This document shows positions 48,156 through 60,852 of a stretch of 64,000 nucleotides of DNA, in pieces. The DNA is from Alphaproteobacteria bacterium. Lineage in GTDB: Bacteria > Pseudomonadota > Alphaproteobacteria > CALKHQ01. Positions within the stretch are counted from its first letter, which is position 1, and each line of letters opens with the position of its first letter. The position numbers were made by a program, and so were the translations under genes. The notes below the pieces were generated by a model. It made no database searches and had not been told where the DNA came from. It was given only the letters and a program-made list of their open reading frames with translations. Location: contig CBDDFZ010000002.1 of assembly GCA_965227515.1 (NCBI GenBank), positions 256,001-320,000 of the forward strand, given 5' to 3'.

Positions 48156-50366
48156 TCACTCGTCCGATCCGCTGCGCCGATCGTCCCGATCCCGGTCCGT
48201 ATCCTCGCGTTCGCGGTCCTTGGACTCGCCGCGGGTCAGCGAGGCGAGGTCGCGGGCGTCGCGCACCACGTCGGTCAGCCGGCCGACCGAACCGCCCTCG
48301 ATGCCGACCTCCTTCATCAGATTGTCGATCATCGGCGCCTGCACTCGGTAGCGTAAGGCGCTGTCGATCACCTCGTCGGTGACGTTCTTGGACCCGCCGG
48401 CCCCGCCACCGCCGGCCAAGCCGTCGACGTGCAGGATCTTGATGCCCTCGATCTTCTCCATAGGGCGCACGCTCTCGCGGACGATGCCTTCCAGCTTGTC
48501 CAGGAGCTTGTCGCGGAGGCGCCCGGCGCGCGCGGCCTCGCTGAGCAGGTTCTCCGCTTCGTTCAGCGCCTTGGCGCCGGCCGCATCCACCGTGAACTGG
48601 TGCTTGGCGGCATCGGCGCGGATCTTCTGGGCGTCGGCGTCGCCGGCGGCAACGATGCGCTCCGCCTCGGCCCGGTCGGCGGCGGCCACCTGCTCGGCCT
48701 CGGCCCGCGCGGTCAGCCGCAGGCGCTCGATCTCGGCCTCACGGGCGGCGGCGATCAGGTCGATGGCCTTGCGCCGCTCGGCGATCTCGCGCTCGCGGGC
48801 GGTGAACGCCTGCTCCTCGGCAGCGATGGCTTCGGCCCGTGCCTTCTCGGCATCGACCAGGGCGGCCGAGCGCGCCTTCGATTTCTCGGCCAGTGCGATG
48901 GCGCGTTCCACCTCGGCCAGCTCGTTGGCCTGCTGGCGCTCGATCTCCAAGGTGCGCAGGTCGCGGTCGAGCAGGATGCGGGCCTCGCGCAGGCTGCGCT
49001 CGCTGGCCAGCCGGGCGCGCTCCACGTCCTCCTCTGCACCGATCTCGGCCTCCTGGAACGCCTGGCGCTTGGAGACCTCCATCGCCTCCAGCGTCTTCTC
49101 GCGCTCCACCCTGGCGCGGTCCAGCGCCTGGTCGCGGCGCACGCCGGCAAGGTCCAAGTCCATGCGCGACGCCACCTCGGCCTCGCGCTTCTTGGTGTCG
49201 GCGGCGATCACCTCCACCGAATTGGCGGCCAGCGCCTTTTCGCGCTCCTGCTCGGCGATCTCGACCGAGCGGCGACGGGTGATCTCCAGCTCCTCCTGGG
49301 CCTGGGCGCGCGCGATACGCTCGCGCTCCAGCGCCAGCTCGGCGGCGATGCGCTCCTGCTCGGTCTGCTGCTCGGCTTGGATTTCGGCCGCCTCGACCGC
49401 GCGCCGGCGGGCGATTTCCTGGCGCTGGGTTTCTTCCTCATTGACGATGCGGGTGTCGGCAAGCGTCCGCTCGTGGGCGATGCGGGTCTTCTCGACCAGC
49501 TCGCGGGCGGCGATCTGGGCCTGCTCGCCCTCCTGCTCGCGCTGGGCGCGTTCGCGGATCAGCTCGGCCCGCTGCACCGCGCGGCGGACCTCGACCTCGC
49601 GCTCCTGTTCCAGGCGGGCGTATTCGCTCTCCCGGTCGATCTCCAGCACACTGCGGTCGGTCTCCAGATTGCGCGCCCGGATTTGCAGCATGGTGCCCTG
49701 CTCGATGTCGTTCCGCAGCTTACGGCGGCTCTCGATGCGCTCGGTCAGCGCGGTCAGGCCCTCGGCATCGAAGGCGTTGGACGGGTCGAAGAACTCCAGG
49801 CTGGTCTGGTCGACGTCGACCATGGCGACCGATTCCAGCTCCAGGCCGTTATGCGCCAGCATCGGCTCCACCGCCTGTTTGACCTGGTCGGCAAACGCGG
49901 TGCGCTGTTCGTGCAGGTCCTCCAGCGTCATCGAAGCGGCCACCCCGCGCAGCCCGCCGATGAACTTGCCTTCCAACAGGCCGCGCATCTCGTCGACGTC
50001 CGTGGTGCGCGCGCCCAGGGTCTGGGCGGCGGCGGCCACCGCATCGCGGCGGGGTGCCACCCGGACATAGAACTCGGCGCTGACGTCGACGCGCATGCGG
50101 TCCTTGGTGATCAGCGCCTGGCCGTCGCCGCGCCGCACCTCGATCCGCAGCACGCCCATGTGCACCGGTGTCACGTCGTGGATGACGGGGATGACCAGCG
50201 CGCCGCCGTTGATCACCACCTTCTCGCCCAGGAAGCCTGTCCGCACGAACGAGGTTTCCTTGGTCGAGCGGCGATAGAGCCAGCGCAGCGCGTAGATGAC
50301 GATGACCGCCGCGACGATGACGACGATCAGCCACAGGATCACAGTGCCCAGGACGCCCGATTCCAT
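48156..50366 (-). CDS. Flotillin / SPFH (band 7) family protein with an extended coiled coil
   Basis: N-terminal TM segment. SPFH motifs FVRTG, ITKDRMRVDV, GLELESV and NAFDAEGL. Long Glu/Arg/Ala coiled coil and C-terminal EKIEGIKI. SD AGGAGG. Confidence 0.9.
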   Translation of the reverse strand: MESGVLGTVILWLIVVIVAAVIVIYALRWLYRRSTKETSFVRTGFLGEKVVINGGALVIPVIHDVTPVHMGVLRIEVRRGDGQALITKDRMRVDVSAEFYVRVAPRRDAVAAAAQTLGARTTDVDEMRGLLEGKFIGGLRGVAASMTLEDLHEQRTAFADQVKQAVEPMLAHNGLELESVAMVDVDQTSLEFFDPSNAFDAEGLTALTERIESRRKLRNDIEQGTMLQIRARNLETDRSVLEIDRESEYARLEQEREVEVRRAVQRAELIRERAQREQEGEQAQIAARELVEKTRIAHERTLADTRIVNEEETQRQEIARRRAVEAAEIQAEQQTEQERIAAELALERERIARAQAQEELEITRRRSVEIAEQEREKALAANSVEVIAADTKKREAEVASRMDLDLAGVRRDQALDRARVEREKTLEAMEVSKRQAFQEAEIGAEEDVERARLASERSLREARILLDRDLRTLEIERQQANELAEVERAIALAEKSKARSAALVDAEKARAEAIAAEEQAFTAREREIAERRKAIDLIAAAREAEIERLRLTARAEAEQVAAADRAEAERIVAAGDADAQKIRADAAKHQFTVDAAGAKALNEAENLLSEAARAGRLRDKLLDKLEGIVRESVRPMEKIEGIKILHVDGLAGGGGAGGSKNVTDEVIDSALRYRVQAPMIDNLMKEVGIEGGSVGRLTDVVRDARDLASLTRGESKDREREDTDRDRDDRRSGSDE

Positions 50367-50388
50367 CGCTGTATTCCCTCCTAAACCC

Positions 50389-52669
<2,281 letters not shown>

Positions 52670-52677
<8 letters not shown>

Positions 52678-53464
52678 GGGCGCCCCGCAAATAGATCTCC
52701 TGCACCCGGCTGTCGTTCTCCACCTCGCTGGGCGTGCCGGTCAGGAACACCCGGCCATTATGCATCATCGTCACCCGCTCGGCCACGCGCAGCGCGACGT
52801 CCAGGTCGTGCTCGATGATGATGAAGCCGATGTGGCTGGGCAGGCTGGTCAACAGCGCGACCAGGTCGCGACGCTCGGTCGGCGAAAGCCCCGCCGCCGG
52901 TTCGTCGAGCAGGATCAGGCGCGGCGCGCCGGCCAGCGCCATGCCGATCTCGAGCTGCCGCTGCTGGCCGTGGGAGAGTTCCGCCACCGGTGTGTCGCGG
53001 TTGTCGTCCAGGTTGACGGCGTTGAGCAGGCGCTCGGTATCCATGTGGGCGGCGTCGTTGGCCCGCCCGCGGCGCAGGCTGTAGCGCCCGCGCGTGGCGC
53101 CCCTGGTCGCCAGGAACAGGTTGTCGAACACGCTGAGTCCGCCGAACAGCAGCGATATCTGATAGGTGCGCCTCAGGCCCCGGCGGATGCGGTCGTGGCC
53201 CGGCATGTCGGTCACGTCCTCGCCGAAGAAGCGGATGCGCCCGGCGCTCGGCGCCAGGTCGCCGGTGATGACATTGAACAGCGTGGTCTTGCCGGCCCCG
53301 TTTGAGCCGAGCACGGCGTGGCGCTCGCCGGCGCGGATCGACAGGTTGATGTCCTCCATGGCGGCAAGCGCGCCGAAACGGCGCGACAACCCACTGGCTT
53401 CCAGCGCGAAGGCACGCGCCTCCTGCAGCCGGCCGGCGTGGGTTGCCACGGCCGTTTCAGACAT
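52670..53464 (-). CDS. Branched-chain amino acid-type ABC ATPase (LivG-like)
   Basis: Motifs [27 protein letters not shown] and VQEIYL. Confidence 0.9.
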
Positions 53465-53502
53465 GCCCGTTCAGCCCCTCGGGGCCGCCGGATTGCCCGC
53501 GA

Positions 53503-54744
53503 TCACGGGCATTCCGGGTTCTCGCGGCCCACCGGGCCAAGTGCCAGGAACTCGTCCTCCGGGAAGCCGAGGGTCTGGTTCACCTGCGGGATCACCTCGA
53601 CCACCTCGTTGACCAGATTGCCGTCCGGCCCCTCGACCACGCGGGTCAGGAAGATGTCGGCGATGGCCTGGCGGTTGTGGTCCAGGCTGACCATGCCGGT
53701 CGGCGTCTCGAACTCCAGGTTGGACAGGGTCTCGCGCAGGGCCTCGCCACCGTCCGACAGGTCGCCGCCGATGGCGTCGAGCGCCAGCAGGGCGGCCTTG
53801 GTGTTGACGTAGTAGCCGTGGGCGAACAGCGACGGCGACGGGAAGCCGTCCGGGAACGTTTCCTGATAGGCGCCGACGAACGCGGTCCAGCGCGGATCGT
53901 CCCAGGTGTCGGCGATCGGGCCGGCGGCCGGGGTGCCGACCACGAACTCGCGGGTCCGTCCCTCGGTGCCGAGCACGGTCTGGTCGACGGTGATCGAGCC
54001 GCCGATCAGCGGCAGGAAGCCGCCGGCCTGCTCGTACTGGGTCAGGAAGTTCACCGCATCGGCGCCGCCGAGCGCGACGTAGATGGCGTCAACGTCCTCC
54101 GGCAGGGCCGCGATGACCGACGAGTAGTCGCGGTTGCCGATGGGCACCCAGAACTTGGCCGGCACCGTGCCGCCCAGGTCGCAGAACGGCAGCATGAAGC
54201 CTTCCACCTGGGTGTAGGGGAACGAGTAGTCCTCGGCCAGCACCGCGACCGAGCGGTAGCCGAGCTCGTTGTAGACGTACGCGCCCAGGCCCGCCATCCA
54301 CTGGGCGCCATCGGTGCCGAAGCGGAAGAAGTTGGGGGCCGGATTGCGCAGCGTGGTGTCCTGCGCGGCGGAGGTGCCGTTGATGAAGGTCACTTCCGGG
54401 TGCTCGAAGGCGTAGTCGCGGATCGCCAGGCCCTCGGAACCGGAGAGCGGGCCGATCAGGATGTCGACTCCGTCCTGCTCCACCAGTTTGCGCGCGGCGC
54501 GTACGGCGCTGTCGGGGGAGGCGTCGGACGAGCCGGTGATGACCTCGATCGGGCGGCCGCCGGCCTCCATGTTGAACTCCTGGAACGCCAGTTCGGCGCC
54601 GCGCATGCTGTCTTCGCCCAGCACGGTGAACGCGCCCTCCAGGGTCGCCAGCACGCCAATCTTGATCGGCTCCTGGGCCATGGCCGGACCGGCCATGGCC
54701 ATCGCAGCACCCGCCGCGAGCAGCCATCTTGTGGTCTTGTGCAT
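53503..54744 (-). CDS. Liv-type ABC substrate-binding protein
   Basis: Signal peptide ending AMA. Motifs IKIG, GRPIE, GPLSGS and FFR. SD GGGAGG. Confidence 0.88.
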   Translation of the reverse strand: MHKTTRWLLAAGAAMAMAGPAMAQEPIKIGVLATLEGAFTVLGEDSMRGAELAFQEFNMEAGGRPIEVITGSSDASPDSAVRAARKLVEQDGVDILIGPLSGSEGLAIRDYAFEHPEVTFINGTSAAQDTTLRNPAPNFFRFGTDGAQWMAGLGAYVYNELGYRSVAVLAEDYSFPYTQVEGFMLPFCDLGGTVPAKFWVPIGNRDYSSVIAALPEDVDAIYVALGGADAVNFLTQYEQAGGFLPLIGGSITVDQTVLGTEGRTREFVVGTPAAGPIADTWDDPRWTAFVGAYQETFPDGFPSPSLFAHGYYVNTKAALLALDAIGGDLSDGGEALRETLSNLEFETPTGMVSLDHNRQAIADIFLTRVVEGPDGNLVNEVVEVIPQVNQTLGFPEDEFLALGPVGRENPECP

Positions 54745-54756
54745 TTGTTTCCTCCC

Positions 54757-55815
54757 TTAGTTTCGTTGTTGCAGTCTTCCACCCGGCCGCCGGGCAGCAG
54801 CCGATGTGAAGCTTGGCGCCGCCAGATGCGGCTTGGCGCGTTCCCACAGGCCGACGATGCCGTTGGGGGTGACGAACACCACCAGCAGGAACGCCAGCCC
54901 GATCACCAAGTTGAAGCGCTCGCGGTCGATCAGATCGATGGCGAAGTTCTCCAGCAGCACGAACAGCAGCGCGCCCAGGAACGGGCCCACCGGGTGGATG
55001 ATGCCGCCGACCACCGCGATGACCAGGATGTCGATCGCGACGTCGATGCCGATCGAGCCCGGCGAGATGCGCTTCTGGAACCAGACCAGCAGCACGCCGC
55101 CGGTGGACGCGATGACACCGGCGAACAGGTGCGCGGTGATGCGGTGCATGGCGACGTTGAAGCCGATGGCCTGCATGCGGCGCGGGTTATCGCGGATCGC
55201 CTGCAGCGCCAGCCCGAAGGTGGAGCGCGAGGCATATATCACGATCAGATAGAACAACCCGGCAATGCCCAGGCTGAGATAGTAGAACGGCACCGGGTCG
55301 GCCCAATTGAGGCCGAAGGCGACCGGCGGCTCCAGGCCCGCGAACCCGTCGAACCCGTTGAAGATCGAGTAGTTCTGGCGGGTCAGGTAGAAGAAGCTGG
55401 TGGCGATCGCCAGCGTGATCATGATGGTGTAGATGCCGGTGGTGCGCACCGAGATGGCACCGATCAGGGCGCCTGAGATGGACCCGATCAGGATCGCCAG
55501 CGGCACCGCGATCCACCACGCCCAGCCCAGCCCCAGCTCGGCGGAATTTGTGCCGAATAGCGCCACGCAATAGCCGGCGACCCCCGCCACCGTGAGCTGG
55601 GCCAGGCTGATCATGCCGCCATAGCCGGCCAGCACCATCAGCGATAGCGCGATGGTGCCCAGGATCAGCGAGTAGGCGCCGATCTGGTAGGCGAAGAAGT
55701 CCGACACCACCAGGGGATAGACGATCAGCAGGATGGCCACGACGATGCCGACCTCCCACTTGATGCGGGTTCGGCGGTCGAGGGCGCGTGGGTTGAGGCT
55801 GGCTGGCAGGCTCAT
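54757..55815 (-). CDS. Liv-type ABC permease (LivM-like)
   Basis: Motifs GYGGMISL, YTIMITLA, FGLALQAIRDN, VVGG and GPFLGA. TGATG coupling. Confidence 0.88.
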   Translation of the reverse strand: MSLPASLNPRALDRRTRIKWEVGIVVAILLIVYPLVVSDFFAYQIGAYSLILGTIALSLMVLAGYGGMISLAQLTVAGVAGYCVALFGTNSAELGLGWAWWIAVPLAILIGSISGALIGAISVRTTGIYTIMITLAIATSFFYLTRQNYSIFNGFDGFAGLEPPVAFGLNWADPVPFYYLSLGIAGLFYLIVIYASRSTFGLALQAIRDNPRRMQAIGFNVAMHRITAHLFAGVIASTGGVLLVWFQKRISPGSIGIDVAIDILVIAVVGGIIHPVGPFLGALLFVLLENFAIDLIDRERFNLVIGLAFLLVVFVTPNGIVGLWERAKPHLAAPSFTSAAARRPGGRLQQRN

Positions 55816-56822
55816 CACGCCCGCCCCATGATGCCTTGCGGCCGGATGGCCAGCACCACGATCATGATCAGGAAGGTCAGCACCACGCCGTAGGTCGGGA
55901 AGTAGGCGAGCCCGATCTGCTCGGCGAGCCCGATCAGCAGCGCGCCGACGGCGGCCCCGGTGATCGAGCCCATGCCGCCGACGATGACCACGACCAGCGA
56001 GGCGAGCAGGTAGCGCGTATCCTCGCCCGGCGAGATCGACAGCACCGAGCCGCCGACGACGCCGGCAAACCCGGCCAGCCCGGCGCCGATGGCGAACACC
56101 GCCGCGAACACGAGCTGCTCGTTGATGCCGGTGGCCGACAGCATGCGCCGGTCGTCGACGCCGGCCCGGATCATCATGCCGACGCGGGTGCGGGCCAGGA
56201 ACAGCCACAGCCCGATGCCGGTCGCCACCGCCACCGCCAGCATCATCAGGCGGATGGTGGGATAGACCAGGTAGATCTCGTCGCCGTTCGGCCGCACCGT
56301 GGTGATGATCGGCGTCGGCGTCGCGCTCATCAGCCATTCCGGCGGGGTGAACTGGTAGGTGCGCCCGCTCCACACCGCCAGCATCAGGTCGGCGAGCACG
56401 ATGGCGATGCCGATGGAGACCAGGGTCTGGCGCAGCGCGTCGTTCTCCATCCGCCGGAACACGCCGAGCTGCATGGCCAGCCCCAGCACCGCCATCGCCA
56501 GGAAGCCGGCGATCACGCCCAGATACCAGCTATCCAGCCACTCCGCCGCCTCCAGCCCGATATAGGCGCCGAGCAGGTAGAGCGATCCGTGGGCGAGGTT
56601 GACGATGCGCATCAGCCCGAACACCAGGGTGAAGCCGCTGGCGACCAGGAAGTAGAGCCCGGCCAGGGTGACGCCATTGAGGATGGTATTGACGAACAGC
56701 CGCTTGCCGCCGATCACGTCCTTCAGCCAGTCGGGCCAGACCGCGAAGAACAGCCACAGCACCAGCAGGCCGATCACTAGCAGGATGGCGTAGCGCACGT
56801 GGCGGGCGGTCTCGCGGTTCAT
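55815..56822 (-). CDS. Liv-type ABC permease (LivH-like)
   Basis: Motifs GFTLVFGLMRIVNLAHG, VVIVGGMGS and RPQGIMG. Confidence 0.9.
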   Translation of the reverse strand: MNRETARHVRYAILLVIGLLVLWLFFAVWPDWLKDVIGGKRLFVNTILNGVTLAGLYFLVASGFTLVFGLMRIVNLAHGSLYLLGAYIGLEAAEWLDSWYLGVIAGFLAMAVLGLAMQLGVFRRMENDALRQTLVSIGIAIVLADLMLAVWSGRTYQFTPPEWLMSATPTPIITTVRPNGDEIYLVYPTIRLMMLAVAVATGIGLWLFLARTRVGMMIRAGVDDRRMLSATGINEQLVFAAVFAIGAGLAGFAGVVGGSVLSISPGEDTRYLLASLVVVIVGGMGSITGAAVGALLIGLAEQIGLAYFPTYGVVLTFLIMIVVLAIRPQGIMGRA

Positions 56823-56882
56823 CGGGCTGTCGGGCCGGTTCGGTGTGGCTGGTGGCGTTGGAGCGCGTGGGCGTCGCGCCGG

Positions 56883-58208
56883 TCAGGCGATCAGCCGGCG
56901 GCGCTGCTCGGCCATGCGCGGCTCCTTGTGGAACGCGCCGTCCTTCATGATCGCGAGCAGGCGGTCCTTTTCCTGCAGCACCCGCACGTTGGCCACCGGG
57001 TCGCCGTCGACCAGGATCATGTCGGCGAGGTAGCCCTCCTTGATCTGGCCCAGCTCGTCGCCCATGCCCATCATCGCGCCGCCGTGGGTGGTGGCCGCCA
57101 TCAGCGCCTCCATCGGCGAGAAGCCCAGCATGTCGACGAAGAATTCCAGGTCCTTGGCGTTGGTGCCCATGGGCGTCCAGGCGAAGCCGTAGTCGCCGCC
57201 GATGCACACGGTGATGCCGCGCTGGTGCATCTTGCGCATGGTCTCGCAGGCGATCTCCAGCTCGCGCTCGTACTGCAACGACATCGGCGAGCCTGGCTCG
57301 ATGCCCCACTTGCCGGCATGGCGCGCCGTGCCGACCAGCCAGGCCAGACCCGGCGCCACGAAGTGCTTGTCCTTCGCCGCCTCCAGCATGTCGAGCGCTT
57401 CCTCGTCGGCGAACGAGGCGTGGTAGATGTTGCGGATGCCATGGCGCACGCACAGCTTGACCGATTCCGCCGAGCGTGCGTGGGCGGCCACGGTCTTGCC
57501 GCGCCGTGCCGCCTCCGTGCAGGCCATCGCGATCTCTTCGTCGGCCATCGGGGTTTCTTCCGCGCCGACGCCGGTGATGTCCTCGCCGGAGATGTTCAGC
57601 TTGATGGAATCGACGCCGTACTTGATGAGCTGGCGCACGGTGCGGCGCATTTCCTCCGGGCCGGAAACGACCATGCCGAAGCTCATCTCCGGGAAGTCGA
57701 TGTGCGGCGGCGAGGTGTCGCCGAGCCCGCCCAGGGTCGCGATCTCGGGGCCCGCCGCCAGGTAGCGCGGACCGGGGATCTGGCCCGAGTTGATCGCGTT
57801 GCGGATCACCACGTCGAGCCGCGGCTTGGCCGACGCCGCGCCGACGCCCGATGTGAAGCCGGCATCCAGCATGACGCGCGCCATGTCGGCGGCGAGCAGG
57901 GTGTGTTCCTCCGGCGGCATCAGCTGGATGTGCTCCAGCGCGCCGGCGTTGTTCCACGACAGGTGCAGGTGGCCGTCGCACAGGCCGGGCATCAGGGTGG
58001 CGCCCATGCCGTCGATGACGGTCTGCTGCCCACCTCCCAAACCACCGCCGCCCAATCCGCCACCCGTGCTGCCGCCGGAAGACAATCGGCTGCCGTTGGC
58101 GCGCGAGACGCGGCGGATGCGGTTGCCCTGGACCAGCACCTCGCCGGTGTAGGGGAATTCGCCCGTGCCATCGAGGATGCGCACGTTCGTGAACAAGACG
58201 TCGGCCAT
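56883..58208 (-). CDS. Metal-dependent amidohydrolase (prolidase-like subfamily)
   Basis: Motifs TLMPGLCDGHLH, GVDSIKL, AAHAR, IYHA, GGDYG and ADMILVDGDP. Confidence 0.88.
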   Translation of the reverse strand: MADVLFTNVRILDGTGEFPYTGEVLVQGNRIRRVSRANGSRLSSGGSTGGGLGGGGLGGGQQTVIDGMGATLMPGLCDGHLHLSWNNAGALEHIQLMPPEEHTLLAADMARVMLDAGFTSGVGAASAKPRLDVVIRNAINSGQIPGPRYLAAGPEIATLGGLGDTSPPHIDFPEMSFGMVVSGPEEMRRTVRQLIKYGVDSIKLNISGEDITGVGAEETPMADEEIAMACTEAARRGKTVAAHARSAESVKLCVRHGIRNIYHASFADEEALDMLEAAKDKHFVAPGLAWLVGTARHAGKWGIEPGSPMSLQYERELEIACETMRKMHQRGITVCIGGDYGFAWTPMGTNAKDLEFFVDMLGFSPMEALMAATTHGGAMMGMGDELGQIKEGYLADMILVDGDPVANVRVLQEKDRLLAIMKDGAFHKEPRMAEQRRRLIA

Positions 58209-58304
58209 GTTGCGTTCCTCCATTCCGGGCCGGCCATTCGTTGTCCGGCCATTCTTATTCTGGCACGTGTCGCGTGGCGCCGCTTGGCCGGGCGCTTCTC
58301 CGCC

Positions 58305-59078
58305 TTATCCCTTGAACAGTGCGCCGCGCAGGATGTCGACGCAAGTCGCGGGTTTTTCCAGCGTCAGCCAGTGGCCGGCGCGCTCGACAATCCGCACCTG
58401 TGCATCGGCGACCTTGTCGGCGATCTGCCCGGCCATGCTGGGCGGTGCCACCGCGTCCTCGTCGCCGGTGGCGAGCAGGGTGGGGCAGGCGATGCGCCGG
58501 TGGTCGGCGGCCTCGGCGCGCGCCAGGGCCTCGCACGACCAGGCAAAGTCCTCCGCGTTCTGCCGCATGTGGCTCTCGCGGATGAAGGCCACCGCCAGCG
58601 GGTTGTTGGCACGGGTGTCGCCGGAGACGCCTGCGGTGGCGACCGCATCGGCGATGCCGGCCATGCCCTCGCTGCGCGCGGTGGCGCCGCGTCCGGCCAG
58701 CCGTTCGCGCGCGGCATCCGGCGGCGCCAGGATCGGCCCGAACAACGTGAGCGAGCGCATAAGGTCCGGCTTGTCGGCGGCGACATGCTGGCAGACCAGC
58801 GTGCCCATGGAGTGGCCGACCAGATGCATGCTGGAAACGCCGAGCGCGCGGGCGACTTCGATCACCGCCGTGGCGAGCTTGCCGAGGTCCGGGTCGCCGG
58901 CCGGGCGTGGGCTGCGGGCGGAACCGGGCAGGTCGGGCCGGATGACGCGGCAGCCCGCCAGCGCGGGCATGACCGTCTGGAAGCTGTTGGACGAGCCGCC
59001 AAGCCCGTGCACCAGCATGACGTCGGGGCCTTCGCCCTCCACCTCGACCGCGATGCGCCCCACCAAAACGTCAGCCAT
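58305..59078 (-). CDS. Alpha/beta fold hydrolase (enol-lactone hydrolase-like)
   Basis: HGLGG, nucleophile elbow GHSMG, GDED and GHW. Confidence 0.85.
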   Translation of the reverse strand: MADVLVGRIAVEVEGEGPDVMLVHGLGGSSNSFQTVMPALAGCRVIRPDLPGSARSPRPAGDPDLGKLATAVIEVARALGVSSMHLVGHSMGTLVCQHVAADKPDLMRSLTLFGPILAPPDAARERLAGRGATARSEGMAGIADAVATAGVSGDTRANNPLAVAFIRESHMRQNAEDFAWSCEALARAEAADHRRIACPTLLATGDEDAVAPPSMAGQIADKVADAQVRIVERAGHWLTLEKPATCVDILRGALFKG

Positions 59079-59946
59079 GGCTGAGCGCCTCCACCGGGTT
59101 GGAGAGCGTGCCGATTCTTTCGATCTCGACCTTCACGTCGTCGCCCGGCGCCAGGTAGCGCGGCGGATCGAACCCGATGCCGACGCCAGGCGGGGTGCCG
59201 GTGGCGATGATGTCGCCCGGCATCAGGGTGATGCCGGCGGAGATGGTCGCGATCAGCGTCGGCACGTCGAAGATCAGGAGGCCGGTGTGGGAGTCCTGGC
59301 GCAGGTCGCCATTGACCCAGCAGCGCACCGACGTCGAGGCGAGGTCGATCTCGTCGCGGGTCACTGCCCACGGCCCCATCGGGCAGAAGCTGTCCTGCGA
59401 CTTGCCGATCAGCCACTGGCTGTGCCGGCCTTGCAGGTCGCGCGCGGTGACGTCGTTGACCGCTGTATAGCCCCAGACGTGGTCGAGCGCGTCGTCCGGC
59501 GCGATGCCGCGTCCGCCCTTGCCGATGATCACAGCAAGCTCGGCCTCGTAGTCGATGGCCGGCGACACGGCGCTGTCGACCAGGATCGGCGCGCCGTTCG
59601 GCACCACGGTCTCGGGCAGCTTGGAGAAGATGATCGGGTGCGCCGGCACGTCGCCCTGGGCGGCGCTGGAATCGAAGCCGGAGCGCGCGAACTCCAGCGC
59701 GTGCTCGTGATAGTTCTTGCCGACGCAGAAGATGTTGCGGTGGGGGCGCGGCACCGGGGCCATCAGTTCGACCCGCGACAAAGGCGTCGGGCTGAGCGTG
59801 CGCGGCAGCGTCTCGGCCTCGACCACGGCGAGCAAGCCGCGCGCGGCCTCGGCCATCGGCAGGTCGAACGCGGCGAAGCTGTCGTCATCGGCATCCACGA
59901 CGCCGACCCGCACCTCTCCCGCAATCCGCACTGTGGCAATCTTCAC
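59071..59946 (-). CDS. Fumarylacetoacetate hydrolase family protein
   Basis: Motifs CVGKNY, DYEAEL, NDVTARD, GKS, GPW and GDIIATGTP. GTG start after GGAGG. Confidence 0.9.
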   Translation of the reverse strand: MKIATVRIAGEVRVGVVDADDDSFAAFDLPMAEAARGLLAVVEAETLPRTLSPTPLSRVELMAPVPRPHRNIFCVGKNYHEHALEFARSGFDSSAAQGDVPAHPIIFSKLPETVVPNGAPILVDSAVSPAIDYEAELAVIIGKGGRGIAPDDALDHVWGYTAVNDVTARDLQGRHSQWLIGKSQDSFCPMGPWAVTRDEIDLASTSVRCWVNGDLRQDSHTGLLIFDVPTLIATISAGITLMPGDIIATGTPPGVGIGFDPPRYLAPGDDVKVEIERIGTLSNPVEALSHG

Positions 59947-59964
59947 CGCTTCCTCCGCCCGGGT

Positions 59965-60095
59965 CTGTGCCCAATTGCGCGTTAGGCTGAACCAAATTGC
60001 ACAACGGCGCAAGGCCCGTTCGGTTGGAAAACCAAGAATAATTGGAATCGAAGCGTGCAGTCCGATTGACAATTGGCTCAAGAATGGTTCAAGTT
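59965..60095. promoter_or_regulatory. Divergent promoter region with repeated putative GntR operator half-sites
   Basis: AT-rich. Recurring half-sites: AATTGGCTCA and AATGGTTCA on +, AATTTGGTTCA and AATTGGGCACA on -. Also the palindrome TTGGAAAACCAA, and TTGACA at 60066. Confidence 0.45.
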
Positions 60096-60130
60096 TGGGG
60101 CGCGACACTTAACCGATGCGCGGACCGGAT

Positions 60131-60817
60131 ATGGCTCAATGGCAGGACATCGCGGCGACGCTGCGCCAGGAGGTACATCGCGGCGGTGTCGGGCCGGGTG
60201 CGCGCTTCCCGACCGAGCGCGCGCTGGCCGAGCGGTTCGGCGTGGCGCGCAACACGGTGCGCCGGGCAATCGCCACCCTGGTCGACGATGGCGTGATCGT
60301 CCGCCAGGTCGGCAGTGGCAGCTTCGTGCAGGCGCCGGTGCCCGAACGGGCGAATGGCAGCGCCGACCATGTGCTGGCGCAGATCATCGGCGTCAGCCCG
60401 CGTGACCTGATGGACGTGCGCCTGCTGCTGGAGCCGCGGGCGGCGGCCCTGGCGGCCATCCACGGCAACAGCGCGGAGCTGGAGCGCATCGTCGCGGCGG
60501 AGGCGGCGGCGCGGGCCGAGACCGAGCTGGAAGCTTTCGAACGCTGCGACGCGGAGTTCCACCAGCGCATCGTCGCAGCGTCCCACAATGAGCTGCTGCT
60601 GCACCTGTGCGGGCTGATGAGCAAGTCGCGGTCCAGCCAGGAATGGCTCGACATGAAACGCCGCGCGTTCTCGGCGGAACGGCTTGCCGGCTACGACGAC
60701 GACCACGGCGCCGTTCTGGACGCGCTGGTGCGGCGCGATCCGGAGGCGGCGGAGGCGGCGATGCGCCAGCACTTGGAAGCGGTGCGTGCCAACCTGTTCG
60801 CGCGTGCCGCGGACTGA
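60131..60817 (+). CDS. GntR family regulator, FadR subfamily (FCD domain)
   Basis: HTH motif FPTERALAERFGVARNTVRRA. FCD motifs RLLLEP, DAEFH, SHN, DH and MRQHL. Confidence 0.9.
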   Translation: MAQWQDIAATLRQEVHRGGVGPGARFPTERALAERFGVARNTVRRAIATLVDDGVIVRQVGSGSFVQAPVPERANGSADHVLAQIIGVSPRDLMDVRLLLEPRAAALAAIHGNSAELERIVAAEAAARAETELEAFERCDAEFHQRIVAASHNELLLHLCGLMSKSRSSQEWLDMKRRAFSAERLAGYDDDHGAVLDALVRRDPEAAEAAMRQHLEAVRANLFARAAD

Positions 60818-60852
60818 TCCGCGCCTGACGCCGGACACCGCAGCGGCGAACG

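Noticed and set aside
58261-58276. TGGCACG sigma54 half-site
   Set aside because: There is no -12 element, and it is on the wrong strand for the operon.
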